Source: an uncultured Eubacteriales bacterium (lineage in GTDB: Bacteria; Bacillota; Clostridia; Oscillospirales; Acutalibacteraceae). Taken from it: a DNA stretch of 64,000 nucleotides. Shown here in pieces: positions 37,395 to 47,683 of the stretch; the first letter of the stretch is position 1, and each line of letters opens with the position of its first letter. Made by a program: the position numbers and the translations under genes. The stretch lies in NCBI GenBank assembly GCA_900540235.1, contig UQEY01000004.1, positions 24,007 to 88,006 on the forward strand, in the 5' to 3' direction. Under the pieces are notes generated by a model, which was not told where the DNA came from, did no database searches, and saw only the letters and a list, made by a program, of their open reading frames with translations.

Positions 37395-38972
37395 ATGTCG
37401 AATTATGTTTTAAACGGTAGTGAAGTCCTTGGCATTGAGTTTGGCTCAACGAGAATAAAAGCAGTGCTTTTAGATAACAATGCAAATGTTTTGGCTTCGG
37501 GTAGTTTTGATTGGGAAAACAGACTTGAAAACGGATATTGGACATATCATATTGATGATATTTGGCACGGTTTGCAAGAGGCTTATAAAAATTTAAATAA
37601 TGACTGTAAAGAAAAGTATGGCAGTGTCATAACTAAACTTTCTTCAATCGGTTTTTCGGCAATGATGCATGGGTATTTGCCTTTTGACAAGGATGACAAC
37701 CTTCTTGCTGAGTTTAGAACTTGGAGAAATACTACTACAGCTCAAGCATCGGCAAAATTAACATCACTCTTTAATTTTAATATACCTCAGCGCTGGAGCG
37801 TTGCTCACCTTTATCAAGCTATATTAAACGGTGAAAAACATATTGATGATATATCTTACATAACAACTCTTGCCGGATATGTTCACTATAAACTTTCGGG
37901 CGAAAAAGTTGTCGGAATCGGTGAAGCTTCAGGTATGTTTCCTATTGACAGTAATGTTAATAATTATAATGAATCAATGCTTCAAAAGTTTGCATCTCTT
38001 GACGAAGTTAAAAATCTGAATTGGAATATTAAAGATGTTTTACCAAAGGTTTTACTTGCAGGTGACAATGCGGGTACATTAACCGATGACGGAGCAAAGC
38101 TTCTTGACCCTACAGGTAATCTTCAATCCGGTGCGATTATGTGTCCACCTGAGGGTGACGCAGGTACGGGTATGGTTGCAACTAATAGTATTGCAGTAAG
38201 AACGGGTAATATCTCAGCAGGTACTTCAATATTTTCAATGATTGTGCTTGAAAAACAGCTTTCAAATGTTTACGAAGAAATTGATATGGTAACAACTCCT
38301 ACCGGCAAGCCTGTTGCTATGGTTCACTGTAATAACTGCTGTACTGATTTAGATTATTGGGTTAAGTTATTTATTGAATATTCTAAGCTTTCAGGCAGTA
38401 ATTTAACTAAAGCTCAAATTTATGATTTGCTTTATAATGAAGCGCTAAAGGGTGACACCGATTGCGGAGGACTTATATCAAGCAACTATTTTTCCGGTGA
38501 ACCGGTTACAGGTTTCAGCCAAGGCAGACCAATGTTTTTGAGAAGCGAAAACAGTAATTTTAATCTTGCTAATTTTATGAGAACCCACATTTTTTCTGCG
38601 ATTGCTACACTTAAAATCGGTATGGAAATACTTGAAAAAGAAAATGTAAAGATTGACAGGCTTATGGGTCACGGCGGTTTATTTAAGACTGAATATGTAG
38701 GTCAAAAGCTTATGGCAGGCGCTATGAAAACTCCCGTTTCTGTTCTTTCAACTGCCGGCGAAGGCGGTGCTTGGGGCATTGCGGTTCTTGCTCTTTTTGC
38801 TAAAAACAGTTTTGATTTAACACTTGACGATTATTTAAACGAAAAAATATTTTCAAAATTTGAAACATCAACGCTTGAACCTGATGAAAAAGACATATTA
38901 GGTTTTGAAAAATATATGATGCTTTATAAAAAATCTCTTGCGGTTGAAAAATCAGCCGTAGAAAATATATAA
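37395..38972 (+). CDS. araB: FGGY-family L-ribulokinase (AraK/AraB role)
   Basis: GIEFGSTRIKA, SAMMHG, PEGDA and SAGTS; first gene of the araA-araD operon. Confidence 0.85.
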   Translation: MSNYVLNGSEVLGIEFGSTRIKAVLLDNNANVLASGSFDWENRLENGYWTYHIDDIWHGLQEAYKNLNNDCKEKYGSVITKLSSIGFSAMMHGYLPFDKDDNLLAEFRTWRNTTTAQASAKLTSLFNFNIPQRWSVAHLYQAILNGEKHIDDISYITTLAGYVHYKLSGEKVVGIGEASGMFPIDSNVNNYNESMLQKFASLDEVKNLNWNIKDVLPKVLLAGDNAGTLTDDGAKLLDPTGNLQSGAIMCPPEGDAGTGMVATNSIAVRTGNISAGTSIFSMIVLEKQLSNVYEEIDMVTTPTGKPVAMVHCNNCCTDLDYWVKLFIEYSKLSGSNLTKAQIYDLLYNEALKGDTDCGGLISSNYFSGEPVTGFSQGRPMFLRSENSNFNLANFMRTHIFSAIATLKIGMEILEKENVKIDRLMGHGGLFKTEYVGQKLMAGAMKTPVSVLSTAGEGGAWGIAVLALFAKNSFDLTLDDYLNEKIFSKFETSTLEPDEKDILGFEKYMMLYKKSLAVEKSAVENI

Positions 38973-38978
38973 GGAGAA

Positions 38979-40457
38979 ATGAAAATGGCTATTAAAGATT
39001 ATGAATTTTGGTTTATTGTAGGTACTCAGCATCTTTACGGTGAAGAAATTTTTGCCGATATTAATTCTCACGCTCAGCAAATGGCTGACGAATGGAGTGC
39101 AAAGCTTCCTTGCAAAGTTGTTGCCAAGCCTTGTGTTAAGACTTCAACAGAAATACTTAATGTAATTGAAGAAGCAAATAATACACCTAACTGCGCCGGT
39201 ATTATTACTTGGATGCATACTTTTTCACCGTCAAAAATGTGGATAGCCGGACTTAATGCGCTTAACAAGCCTTATCTTCATGTTAATACACAGTTTAACA
39301 GAGATATTCCATGGGACAGTATTGATATGGACTTTATGAACCTCAACCAATCTGCTCACGGTGATAGGGAACACGGTTATATTCACGCAAGAATGAGAAA
39401 AAAAGTTAAAGTTATCGCAGGTTACTGGAAGGATGAAGAATTCCAAAACAAAATGGGCGTTTGGATGAGAGCGGCTGTAGGTGCAAGTGAGTCGAGAAAG
39501 CTTAGAGTTCTTCGTATTTCCGACAATATGCGTAATGTTGCTGTTACCGACGGTGACAAGATTGAAGCGCAAATTAAACTCGGTTGGCAGGTTGACCACT
39601 ACGGTGTCGGCGATATCATTAAATATGTTAACGCAGTAACCGAAGAAGAAATCGACGCTCAAATGAATGAGTATAAGGAAAATTATGAATTTGATACCGA
39701 TAATATTGACGCTGTAAGATATCAGGCAAGGGAAGAAGTTGCACTTGAAAAATTTCTTGACGATGGCGGTTTCGGTGCATTCCACACCAATTTTGAAGAT
39801 TTGCAGGAATTAAGACAGCTTCCTGGTCTTGCAGCTCAGGACTTAATGCGCAAAGGTTACGGCTTCGGTGCCGAGGGTGACTGGAAAGTTGCTGCAATGA
39901 CAAGAGTTATGAAGCTTATGGCAGACGGTTTAAACGGCGGCACTGCGTTTATGGAAGACTATACATATCATTTTGAACCGGGTAACGAAATGCTTTTGGG
40001 TTCACATATGCTTGAAGTTTGTCCTACGGTAGCCCAGGATAAGCCTAAAATTCAGGTTCATCCGCTTGGTATTGGTGACAGGGAAGATCCTGCAAGACTT
40101 GTATTTAAAGCGCAGACAGGTAACGCAATCGTTGTTACGCTTGTTGATATGGGTGACAGGCTCAGAATGATTGTTAATGATGTTGAATGTAAAGAACAGG
40201 TTAACGATATGCCGAAGCTTCCGGTTGCAGGTGTTCTTTGGAAACCGCTTCCTTGCCTTCAAACTTCTGCCGAAGCTTGGATATATGCAGGCGGTGCTCA
40301 CCATTCCGTACTTTCTTATACACTTACAGCAGAACATATGAGAGATTTTGCAGAAATTATGGGTATTGAGTTTATTCATATTAATAAAGATACAGAAATC
40401 AATTCATTTAAAAAAGAGTTGTTCTATAACGATGTTGCATACAAACTCGGAATGTAA
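38979..40457 (+). CDS. araA: L-arabinose isomerase
   Basis: WMHTFSPSKMW, LNQSAHGDRE, EGDWK, MEDY and HMLEVCP. Confidence 0.97.
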   Translation: MKMAIKDYEFWFIVGTQHLYGEEIFADINSHAQQMADEWSAKLPCKVVAKPCVKTSTEILNVIEEANNTPNCAGIITWMHTFSPSKMWIAGLNALNKPYLHVNTQFNRDIPWDSIDMDFMNLNQSAHGDREHGYIHARMRKKVKVIAGYWKDEEFQNKMGVWMRAAVGASESRKLRVLRISDNMRNVAVTDGDKIEAQIKLGWQVDHYGVGDIIKYVNAVTEEEIDAQMNEYKENYEFDTDNIDAVRYQAREEVALEKFLDDGGFGAFHTNFEDLQELRQLPGLAAQDLMRKGYGFGAEGDWKVAAMTRVMKLMADGLNGGTAFMEDYTYHFEPGNEMLLGSHMLEVCPTVAQDKPKIQVHPLGIGDREDPARLVFKAQTGNAIVVTLVDMGDRLRMIVNDVECKEQVNDMPKLPVAGVLWKPLPCLQTSAEAWIYAGGAHHSVLSYTLTAEHMRDFAEIMGIEFIHINKDTEINSFKKELFYNDVAYKLGM

Positions 40458-40468
40458 GGTGAAATATT

Positions 40469-41176
40469 ATGTTGGAAGAACTTAAAGAGCAAGTATTTGA
40501 AGCTAATTTGTTACTTGTTAAATATGGTCTTGTTGTGCTTACTTGGGGAAATGTTTCCGGCATTGACAGGGAAAAAGGACTTTTTGTAATAAAGCCGTCA
40601 GGTGTCCCATATGATAATATGAAAGCATCTGATATGGTTGTAATGGACCTTGAGGGAAATAAGGTTGAAGGTAACCTTAATCCATCATCTGATACACCTA
40701 CTCATCTTGAACTTTACAGGAATTTTGGCGATATCGGCGGTATAGTTCATACCCATTCTTCATGGGCGTGTTCTTGGGCACAGGCAGGCAGAGATGTTAA
40801 AGCATACGGTACAACTCATGCCGACTTTGCAAACGGCTGTGTTCCTTGCGCAAGAGGCCTTACTAAAGATGAAGTTGAGAATATGTATGAACTCAACACC
40901 GGTAAGGTTATAGTTGAAGAATTTTCCAAAAGAGGCATTACGCCTACTGAGTGTCCGGCAGTTCTCGTTCACAGGCACGGTCCGTTCACTTGGGGAAAAG
41001 ACCCATTCAAAGCTGTTGAAAATGCTTTAATACTTGAGGAAGTATCTAAAATGGCTTATCAAACTGAACAAATTGCTTCGCTTGGCAGTGACTCAAACAT
41101 TGGTATAGAGCAATATCTTCTTGATAAGCACTATCAAAGAAAGCATGGTAAAAATGCTTATTACGGACAAAAATAA
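40469..41176 (+). CDS. araD: L-ribulose-5-phosphate 4-epimerase
   Basis: TWGNVS, KPSGV, PSSDTPTH, HTHS and KHGKNAYYGQ. Confidence 0.97.
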   Translation: MLEELKEQVFEANLLLVKYGLVVLTWGNVSGIDREKGLFVIKPSGVPYDNMKASDMVVMDLEGNKVEGNLNPSSDTPTHLELYRNFGDIGGIVHTHSSWACSWAQAGRDVKAYGTTHADFANGCVPCARGLTKDEVENMYELNTGKVIVEEFSKRGITPTECPAVLVHRHGPFTWGKDPFKAVENALILEEVSKMAYQTEQIASLGSDSNIGIEQYLLDKHYQRKHGKNAYYGQK

Positions 41177-41189
41177 CAGGAGTATAATT

Positions 41190-42872
41190 ATGAAAAAGAG
41201 TTTAAGTTTATTTGTATCATTGATTTTTGCGGTAATGTGTATGTTAATTAGTTTTAACGCATTTGCACAGGGTGAAAATATTATTGATGCAAATAATACC
41301 GTGGTTACTGTTTCAGAGAAAGATATTGTTTATGACCAAACAATGAAAACACCCAATGTAATTGTTGTGCATAACGGTGTGGTTCTTGTTAAAGATGTAG
41401 ATTACACTTTAACCTATTTGAATAATATTGATGCCGGCACTGCAACTGCTGTTGTTAGCGGTATTAACAGTTATTCGGGAAGCATAACTAAAGATTTTAC
41501 AATTACACCGGCTAAATTAAATGATAAAAATAAAGTTAATGTTGAATTTGATAAAACATCCCTTGTCTACAACGAAAATCCACTTATTCCCGTTATGTAT
41601 GTTTCTTATGACAAGGGCGACGGTTTGGGTCCTCAATATTTAATACAGGATGTCGACTATACTGTATCATATATAAATAATAATGCGCCCGGCAAAGCAC
41701 AGGCAACAATAACAGGTATCGGTAATTATAAGGGCAGTATAACAAAGAAATTCAATATTGTTCCCGCAAAAGTTTCTGATGTAGAAATCAGCAAAAACAA
41801 TACTTCAATTACTGTCAAATGGAACAGTGTGAGCGGTGCAACAGGTTATCAACTTGTATCGTTGAACTCAGATAATAAAACTTCAAATATTGCTTATATA
41901 CCTGCCGATAAAACTTCTTATAAAATTGATAAGCTTAAAAACGGAAAAACTTATAATTATCAGGTAAGAGCGTATGTCGTTATTTCCGATAAAAAGAAGT
42001 ACGGTGAGTTTAGTGATGTTGTTACTACTGCAATCAAGCCTAAACAGACTAAGTTGACTTCCGTTACACTTGATAATAATAAACTTTGTATCGAGTGGCA
42101 AAAAGTTGACTGCGACGGTTATCAAATACTGTATACCACTGATAAAAAATTTAAAAATAATATAAAGAAAATAACTGTTAAAAACGGAAATTCAACAAGC
42201 AAAAAAATCAAAAAGATTGATAAAGATAAAAAATATTATGTTAAAATCAAATCTTTTGTAACCGTCGACGGTAATAAATATTTCAGCGACAACAGCACAA
42301 TGCTGAGTACTTATTATTCAAATGTATATGCAACTTATTATTCTTACTATGTTAATAACGCAAGCAGAACCACTAATTTGAAAATTGCATCGAAAGAAAT
42401 CAACGGCACAATTATTCAGCCCGGCGATGAATTTGATTTTAATGAAGTTGTTGGTACAAGAACTGCTGCAAAAGGCTACAAAAATGCACATGTATTTTCC
42501 GGCGGCGGCGTTACTATGGGTCTTGCAGGCGGCATTTGTCAGGTTGCTTCAACAATGTTTAATACTGTTTTGAAAGCAAATGTTGAAATTGTTGAAAGGC
42601 ATCAGCATAGCCAGAGAGTTTCTTATGTACCTCTCGGCAGAGATGCGGCTATTTCAGGCAATGTTCAGAACTTCAGATGGAAAAACAATACAAAATACGC
42701 TATAAAAATTAAAATGACTGTTAAAAACGGTGTAATAACTTGTACATTCTATACATGTGAAAAAGCAACTCCTAAAAAGGTTTCACTCGATGTTACACAA
42801 AGCGGAAAAAAATTCACATTGAAAAGAACTGTAAAGGGAAAAGTTAATTATCAGTGCAGTTCTACATATTAA
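41190..42872 (+). CDS. Secreted VanW-domain protein with Ig-like repeats and FN3-like domains
   Basis: Signal peptide, two DVDYT..Y.NN...G repeats, FN3 modules, then GGICQVAST, ERHQHS and YVPLGRDA (VanW). Confidence 0.85.
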   Translation: MKKSLSLFVSLIFAVMCMLISFNAFAQGENIIDANNTVVTVSEKDIVYDQTMKTPNVIVVHNGVVLVKDVDYTLTYLNNIDAGTATAVVSGINSYSGSITKDFTITPAKLNDKNKVNVEFDKTSLVYNENPLIPVMYVSYDKGDGLGPQYLIQDVDYTVSYINNNAPGKAQATITGIGNYKGSITKKFNIVPAKVSDVEISKNNTSITVKWNSVSGATGYQLVSLNSDNKTSNIAYIPADKTSYKIDKLKNGKTYNYQVRAYVVISDKKKYGEFSDVVTTAIKPKQTKLTSVTLDNNKLCIEWQKVDCDGYQILYTTDKKFKNNIKKITVKNGNSTSKKIKKIDKDKKYYVKIKSFVTVDGNKYFSDNSTMLSTYYSNVYATYYSYYVNNASRTTNLKIASKEINGTIIQPGDEFDFNEVVGTRTAAKGYKNAHVFSGGGVTMGLAGGICQVASTMFNTVLKANVEIVERHQHSQRVSYVPLGRDAAISGNVQNFRWKNNTKYAIKIKMTVKNGVITCTFYTCEKATPKKVSLDVTQSGKKFTLKRTVKGKVNYQCSSTY

Positions 42873-42882
42873 TATTATTAAT

Positions 42883-42910
42883 TAAAGGTGTTGCTTCGGC
42901 AATGCCTTTA
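42883..42910 (+). terminator. Hairpin terminator
   Basis: TAAAGGTGTTGC-ttcg-GCAATGCCTTTA. Confidence 0.65.
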
Positions 42911-42923
42911 TTGCTGTCTGTAT

Positions 42924-42996
42924 TGTAAACATTCTGTTAACAATGTAAATATTGTGTTAACAAACTCTTGACCCGAATAATTGACATATATATAAT
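42924..42996 (+). promoter_or_regulatory. Two tandem WalR/PhoP-type boxes plus a sigma-A promoter
   Basis: TGTAAA-N5-TGTTAA at 42924 and 42944; TTGACC, 17 bp, TATAAT at 42968-42996. Confidence 0.6.
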
Positions 42997-43030
42997 ATAT
43001 TATAAAATTAAACGAACTGAGGTAAGTTAA

Positions 43031-43909
43031 ATGGTTAAGTCAATGACAGGCTTTGGCAGAGCTTGTAAAGAGGTTGATGGCTATGTTATCACTGTTGAAC
43101 TTAAAAGTGTAAACCACAGATATTTTGATTTTTCATCAAGATGCCCGAGGCAGTATGGCTTTATTGATGATAAAATAAAATCTTTTGTCAATTCAAAAGT
43201 TGCAAGAGGTAAAATTGACTGTTATGTAGGCATTGAAGCATTAAATACAGAAAGTGCCGATGTTGTAGTTAATAATACTCTTGCCAGCGCTTATGTTAAA
43301 GCACTCAAGGAAATATCAACTAATTATGATTTAAAAGAAGACTTCGGCGCTTCTACCGTTGCAAGATTTCCTGATGTTTTGATAGTAAAAAAAGCTGATG
43401 AAGACGAGGAAAAAATTTGGCAACTCGTTAAAACAGTAGCTGAAGAAGCTATTGATAAATTCACACAGATGAGATGTGTTGAGGGCAAAAAGATGTACGA
43501 CGATGTTTATTCTCGCAGTCAATTTATTCTTGATACAGTTTCATTTATTGAAGAACGCTCTCCGCAAACTGTTAAAGAGTATAACGACAAGCTTGTTGAA
43601 AGAGTTCACGAGCTTTTAGGCGATGTTACTCTTGACGAGGGTAGAATTCTTCAGGAAGTTGCCATTTATGCCGACAAGGTTGCCGTTGCTGAAGAAACTG
43701 TAAGACTTCGCAGTCATATTGCTCAACTTAGGGAGTTCATTTCAAGTGATGAACCGGTTGGTAGGAAACTTGACTTCTTGGTTCAGGAAATAAATCGCGA
43801 AACCAATACAATCGGTTCAAAGTGCAATGATGTTGAAATTGCAAAGAAAGTTGTTGAAGTTAAAGCTGAAATTGAAAAAATAAGAGAGCAAATTCAAAAT
43901 ATAGAGTAA
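43031..43909 (+). CDS. yicC: YicC/YloC endoribonuclease
   Basis: SMTGFG, SVNHRY, GRKLDFLVQEINRETNT and REQIQNIE. Confidence 0.95.
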   Translation: MVKSMTGFGRACKEVDGYVITVELKSVNHRYFDFSSRCPRQYGFIDDKIKSFVNSKVARGKIDCYVGIEALNTESADVVVNNTLASAYVKALKEISTNYDLKEDFGASTVARFPDVLIVKKADEDEEKIWQLVKTVAEEAIDKFTQMRCVEGKKMYDDVYSRSQFILDTVSFIEERSPQTVKEYNDKLVERVHELLGDVTLDEGRILQEVAIYADKVAVAEETVRLRSHIAQLREFISSDEPVGRKLDFLVQEINRETNTIGSKCNDVEIAKKVVEVKAEIEKIREQIQNIE

Positions 43910-43914
43910 TAATT

Positions 43915-44163
43915 ATGAAATTAGTTAATATCGGTTTTGGTAATTTAATCAATGCAGACAGGGTTATTACCATTTTGTCGCCCGAATCTGCACCGGTTAA
44001 AAAAATTATAAAGGAAAGTAAATCAAATTCAACACTTATTGACGCCACGCACGGCAGAAAAACTATGAGTGTTATTGTAACCGACAGCAATAATGTTGTT
44101 CTTTCCTACTTAGATTTAAAGCAGATTGCCGCTAAATTTGATGTGGAGGTTGAGGATGAATAA
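43915..44163 (+). CDS. remA: RemA / DUF370 regulator
   Basis: NIGFGN, SPESAP and IDATHGRKT. Confidence 0.9.
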   Translation: MKLVNIGFGNLINADRVITILSPESAPVKKIIKESKSNSTLIDATHGRKTMSVIVTDSNNVVLSYLDLKQIAAKFDVEVEDE

Positions 44164-44731
44164 TAATGGTATGCTTGTTGTTGTTTCTGCTCCGAGCGGA
44201 TGCGGAAAAGACACGGTGTTTAAAGAAATACGCAAAAAAAGAGATGATATAGTTGAATCTGTATCTGCTACTACAAGAAAGCCGAGAGAGGGAGAAATAG
44301 ACGGAGTTAACTATTTCTTTTTAAGTGAAGAAGAATTTAAAAATTTGATTGATAATAACGGACTTCTTGAATATGCAGTATACAATAATTGTTTTTACGG
44401 TACACCGGTTAAGGGTGTTAACGAAGCAATAAAAAACGGCAAAATTTGTGTATTGATAATTGATGTTCAAGGGGCAGAGAATGTAAAAAGACTTTACCCT
44501 GACAGCGTGTCAATTTTCCTTGTTCCTCCAAGCTGGGAAACTCTTGAGCAAAGGCTTCGTGCAAGGAACTCGGAAGAAGAAGAAATGATTCAAAAAAGGC
44601 TCAAAATTGCCAAGAGTGAGCTTTTGTGTCAGGATAAGTACGATTATAAAGTTGTTAATGACAATCTTGATGACTGTGTTAATGATATAGAAAAAATACT
44701 TTGCGAAGAATTAAAAAAGCGCAATAAATAA
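44156..44731 (+). CDS. gmk: Guanylate kinase
   Basis: SAPSGCGKDT, TTRKPREGE and YGT. Confidence 0.96.
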   Translation: MNNNGMLVVVSAPSGCGKDTVFKEIRKKRDDIVESVSATTRKPREGEIDGVNYFFLSEEEFKNLIDNNGLLEYAVYNNCFYGTPVKGVNEAIKNGKICVLIIDVQGAENVKRLYPDSVSIFLVPPSWETLEQRLRARNSEEEEMIQKRLKIAKSELLCQDKYDYKVVNDNLDDCVNDIEKILCEELKKRNK

Positions 44732-44765
44732 AAATAAAAGTTACAATTAAAGGAGATATTTTATT

Positions 44766-44981
44766 ATGTTTAATCCAGATTTAAAGAAATTATTACAGGG
44801 ATGCAACAGTCGCTACAGTCTTGTTGTTGGTACTGCTAAAAGAGCAAGAGAAATTCGTGACGAAGCTATTGAGCGTGACGAACCGGTGGATGTAAAAACT
44901 GTTTCAACCGCTATTGACGAAATTCTTGAAGGTAAATATGTAATTGAAGAGCCGGATGAGCTCAAGTCACACGATGAATAA
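44766..44981 (+). CDS. rpoZ: RNA polymerase omega subunit
   Basis: SRYSLVVGTAKRAREI; follows gmk. Confidence 0.92.
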   Translation: MFNPDLKKLLQGCNSRYSLVVGTAKRAREIRDEAIERDEPVDVKTVSTAIDEILEGKYVIEEPDELKSHDE

Positions 44982-47200
44982 TGAATCGCAATATTGCTAC
45001 GGTTGCTGTTGAAAAAACTTTTTTTAGCATTGATTCCGACTTTGATTATTATATTAAGTCGGAGCAATTAAGTCTAATTAAAATCGGAAGCCGAGTTAAA
45101 GTACCATTTGGAAACGGTAATAAACTGCGAGAGGGAATAGTTGTTAATATTTTTTCAGCCATTAATTCGTCTTTAAAAGAAATTGACAGTGTAATCGGTG
45201 ATAAACCTGTTATCAGTGAGGAAGCGGTACTTTTATCACTTTGGCTAAAGGAAAGATGTTTTTGCACTACCTATGAATGTCTTAGGCTTATGTTACCGAG
45301 AGGTGCCGGCAAAGTAGGCGACGCTTCAAGAAAAACAGCAACGCTTCTTATTGAAAAAGAAGAAGATTTGCCAAAGCTTACACCTAAGCAAAAAAAGGTT
45401 GTTGATTTGTTATTTGAGAGCGGCGATGTTTCAATAAATGACATTTGTGAAATTTGCGATGTCGGTTCTTCCGTAGTCAAGAACCTTGAAAAATACGGTG
45501 TAATTGCAATATATGATAAAGAAATTTACAGAAATCCGTATAAAAATATAGAAGTCGGAACACCTAAAGAAATTAATCTTTCAAAAGAGCAGAAAAACGC
45601 TTTTTCAACATTTAAAAATATGATGAAAAACGGCGGCGGTTCAGGGCTTCTTTACGGAGTTACAGGCAGCGGCAAAACGCAGGTCTATTTAAAATTAATT
45701 GATGAAGCACTAAAAAACAATAAAGATGTTATTGTTTTAGTTCCTGAAATCAGTTTGACCCCGCAGGCTTTGGCCATTTTCCATTCTCGTTACGGTAATA
45801 AAGTGGCTGTTTTTCACAGCGGTTTATCCCTCGGAGAAAGAAATGACGAGTATAAGAGAGCTGACAGGGGTGAAGCAAAAATTGTTATCGGTACTCGCAG
45901 TGCCGTTTTTGCGCCGCTTCATAATATCGGGTTGATTATTATGGATGAGGAGCAAGAGAATACTTATAAAAGCGAGCGTACACCTAAATATAATGCAAAG
46001 GATGTTGCTATTTTCAGGTGCAAATATAATAATGCGCTTTTCTTAATGACTTCCGCAACGCCTTCTATTGAATCATATTCAAATGCGCTAAAAGGTAAAT
46101 ATACTTTGTGCAGTTTAACTCAAAGATATGGCGATGCCAAACTTCCGCAGGTTATTACTGTTGATATGAAGCAGGAAATGAAAAACGGCAATAAATCCCC
46201 GATTTCTGCTATATTAAAGGAACAAATTGCTGAAACACTTGATGAAAATAAGCAGGTAATTCTTTTAATTAATAGGAGAGGTTACAATACATTTATCGCT
46301 TGCAACGATTGCGGTCATGTGATAACTTGTCCGAATTGTTCCATATCTTTAACATATCACAGCACCAATAACAGACTGACTTGTCATTATTGCGGCTATA
46401 CTAAAAAGCTTGATAATGTCTGTCCCGAGTGCGGCGGCGATAATATTAGGTACAGCGGATATGGGACTCAAAGAATTGAAGATGAACTATCTTTTCTTTT
46501 TCCGAACGCAAAAATTTTGAGGATGGACGCCGATACAACTTCAACGAAATTCAGCCACGAAAAGATGTTCAATGCCTTTGCCAACCACGAGTATGACATA
46601 ATGATTGGTACGCAAATGGTTGCTAAGGGTCTTGATTTTGATGATGTTACGCTTGTCGGTGTGGTTAATGCCGATAATTCACTTTATGATGAAAGTTATA
46701 ACAGTGCAGAGCGTACATTTGATTTAATTACTCAAGTCGTCGGCAGAAGCGGCAGGAGAGATAATTCAGGCAAAGCAATTATTCAAACGATTAACCCATA
46801 CAATCAAACGCTTGAATGTGCTGCACAGCAAGACTATGAAACTTTTTACGCTAATGAGATTGAATTAAGACGGCTTCTTATTTATCCGCCTTATTGCGAC
46901 ATAATATCAGCTTCATTTGTTAGCGATAACGAAAATAAAACAGCGATGTGCGCAAAAAAGTTTTTTGAAATTCTTGTTGATATGAATGAAGAATATAAGC
47001 AAAAAATCATTATATTAGGTCCTAACGCTTCAAAAATCGCCAAACTTAATAATAATTTTAGATACAGTTTGTTTGTAAAATGCAAAAATTCAAAAATTAT
47101 TCGCACATTGTTTAGCGAAACTTTAAAGAAATTAAGTAAAATCAGAGAATATAAGGATGTTTCGGTTTCACTTGACCTTAACCCTTATGATTTGAATTAG
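44981..47200 (+). CDS. priA: Primosomal protein N'
   Basis: GVTGSGKT, DEEQ, SATPS and four CxxC pairs. Confidence 0.96.
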   Translation: MNRNIATVAVEKTFFSIDSDFDYYIKSEQLSLIKIGSRVKVPFGNGNKLREGIVVNIFSAINSSLKEIDSVIGDKPVISEEAVLLSLWLKERCFCTTYECLRLMLPRGAGKVGDASRKTATLLIEKEEDLPKLTPKQKKVVDLLFESGDVSINDICEICDVGSSVVKNLEKYGVIAIYDKEIYRNPYKNIEVGTPKEINLSKEQKNAFSTFKNMMKNGGGSGLLYGVTGSGKTQVYLKLIDEALKNNKDVIVLVPEISLTPQALAIFHSRYGNKVAVFHSGLSLGERNDEYKRADRGEAKIVIGTRSAVFAPLHNIGLIIMDEEQENTYKSERTPKYNAKDVAIFRCKYNNALFLMTSATPSIESYSNALKGKYTLCSLTQRYGDAKLPQVITVDMKQEMKNGNKSPISAILKEQIAETLDENKQVILLINRRGYNTFIACNDCGHVITCPNCSISLTYHSTNNRLTCHYCGYTKKLDNVCPECGGDNIRYSGYGTQRIEDELSFLFPNAKILRMDADTTSTKFSHEKMFNAFANHEYDIMIGTQMVAKGLDFDDVTLVGVVNADNSLYDESYNSAERTFDLITQVVGRSGRRDNSGKAIIQTINPYNQTLECAAQQDYETFYANEIELRRLLIYPPYCDIISASFVSDNENKTAMCAKKFFEILVDMNEEYKQKIIILGPNASKIAKLNNNFRYSLFVKCKNSKIIRTLFSETLKKLSKIREYKDVSVSLDLNPYDLN

Positions 47201-47211
47201 GAGAACATAAA

Positions 47212-47667
47212 ATGGCTTTAAGAAATATTGTAAAGTTGGGTGATCCTATACTCAACAAAACAAGCCGAAAAGTAGAAAAATTTGATGAAAAACTCGCAAC
47301 TCTTATTGATGATATGCTTGAAACTATGTATCACGCAAACGGCGTTGGTCTTGCGGCAGTTCAGGTAGGTATGCTTAAAAGAGTAGTTGTAATTGATATC
47401 GGCGACGGTCCTATGGAACTTGTAAACCCTGAAATTACGCTTAAAGAGGGTGAACAAAGGGAATCTGAAGGCTGTCTTTCTCTTCCGCGTAAATACGGCG
47501 TTACCGTTCGTCCGATGAAAGTTCAGGTTAAAGCTCAGGACAGAAGCGGAAAATGGCAGGTATTTACAGGAGAAGGCTTAAAAGCAAGGGCTTTTTGCCA
47601 TGAAATTGACCATCTTGACGGTGTTCTTTTCACTTCTCATGTTGTAGGTGAACTTCAAACTCAGTAA
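47212..47667 (+). CDS. def: Peptide deformylase
   Basis: GVGLAA, EGCLS and HEIDH. Confidence 0.97.
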   Translation: MALRNIVKLGDPILNKTSRKVEKFDEKLATLIDDMLETMYHANGVGLAAVQVGMLKRVVVIDIGDGPMELVNPEITLKEGEQRESEGCLSLPRKYGVTVRPMKVQVKAQDRSGKWQVFTGEGLKARAFCHEIDHLDGVLFTSHVVGELQTQ

Positions 47668-47683
47668 CGGAGAGTTAAATAAT

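Noticed and set aside
41190..42872. VanW as a vancomycin-resistance locus
   Set aside because: No vanHAX or vanRS genes; stand-alone VanW-domain proteins are common in Clostridia.
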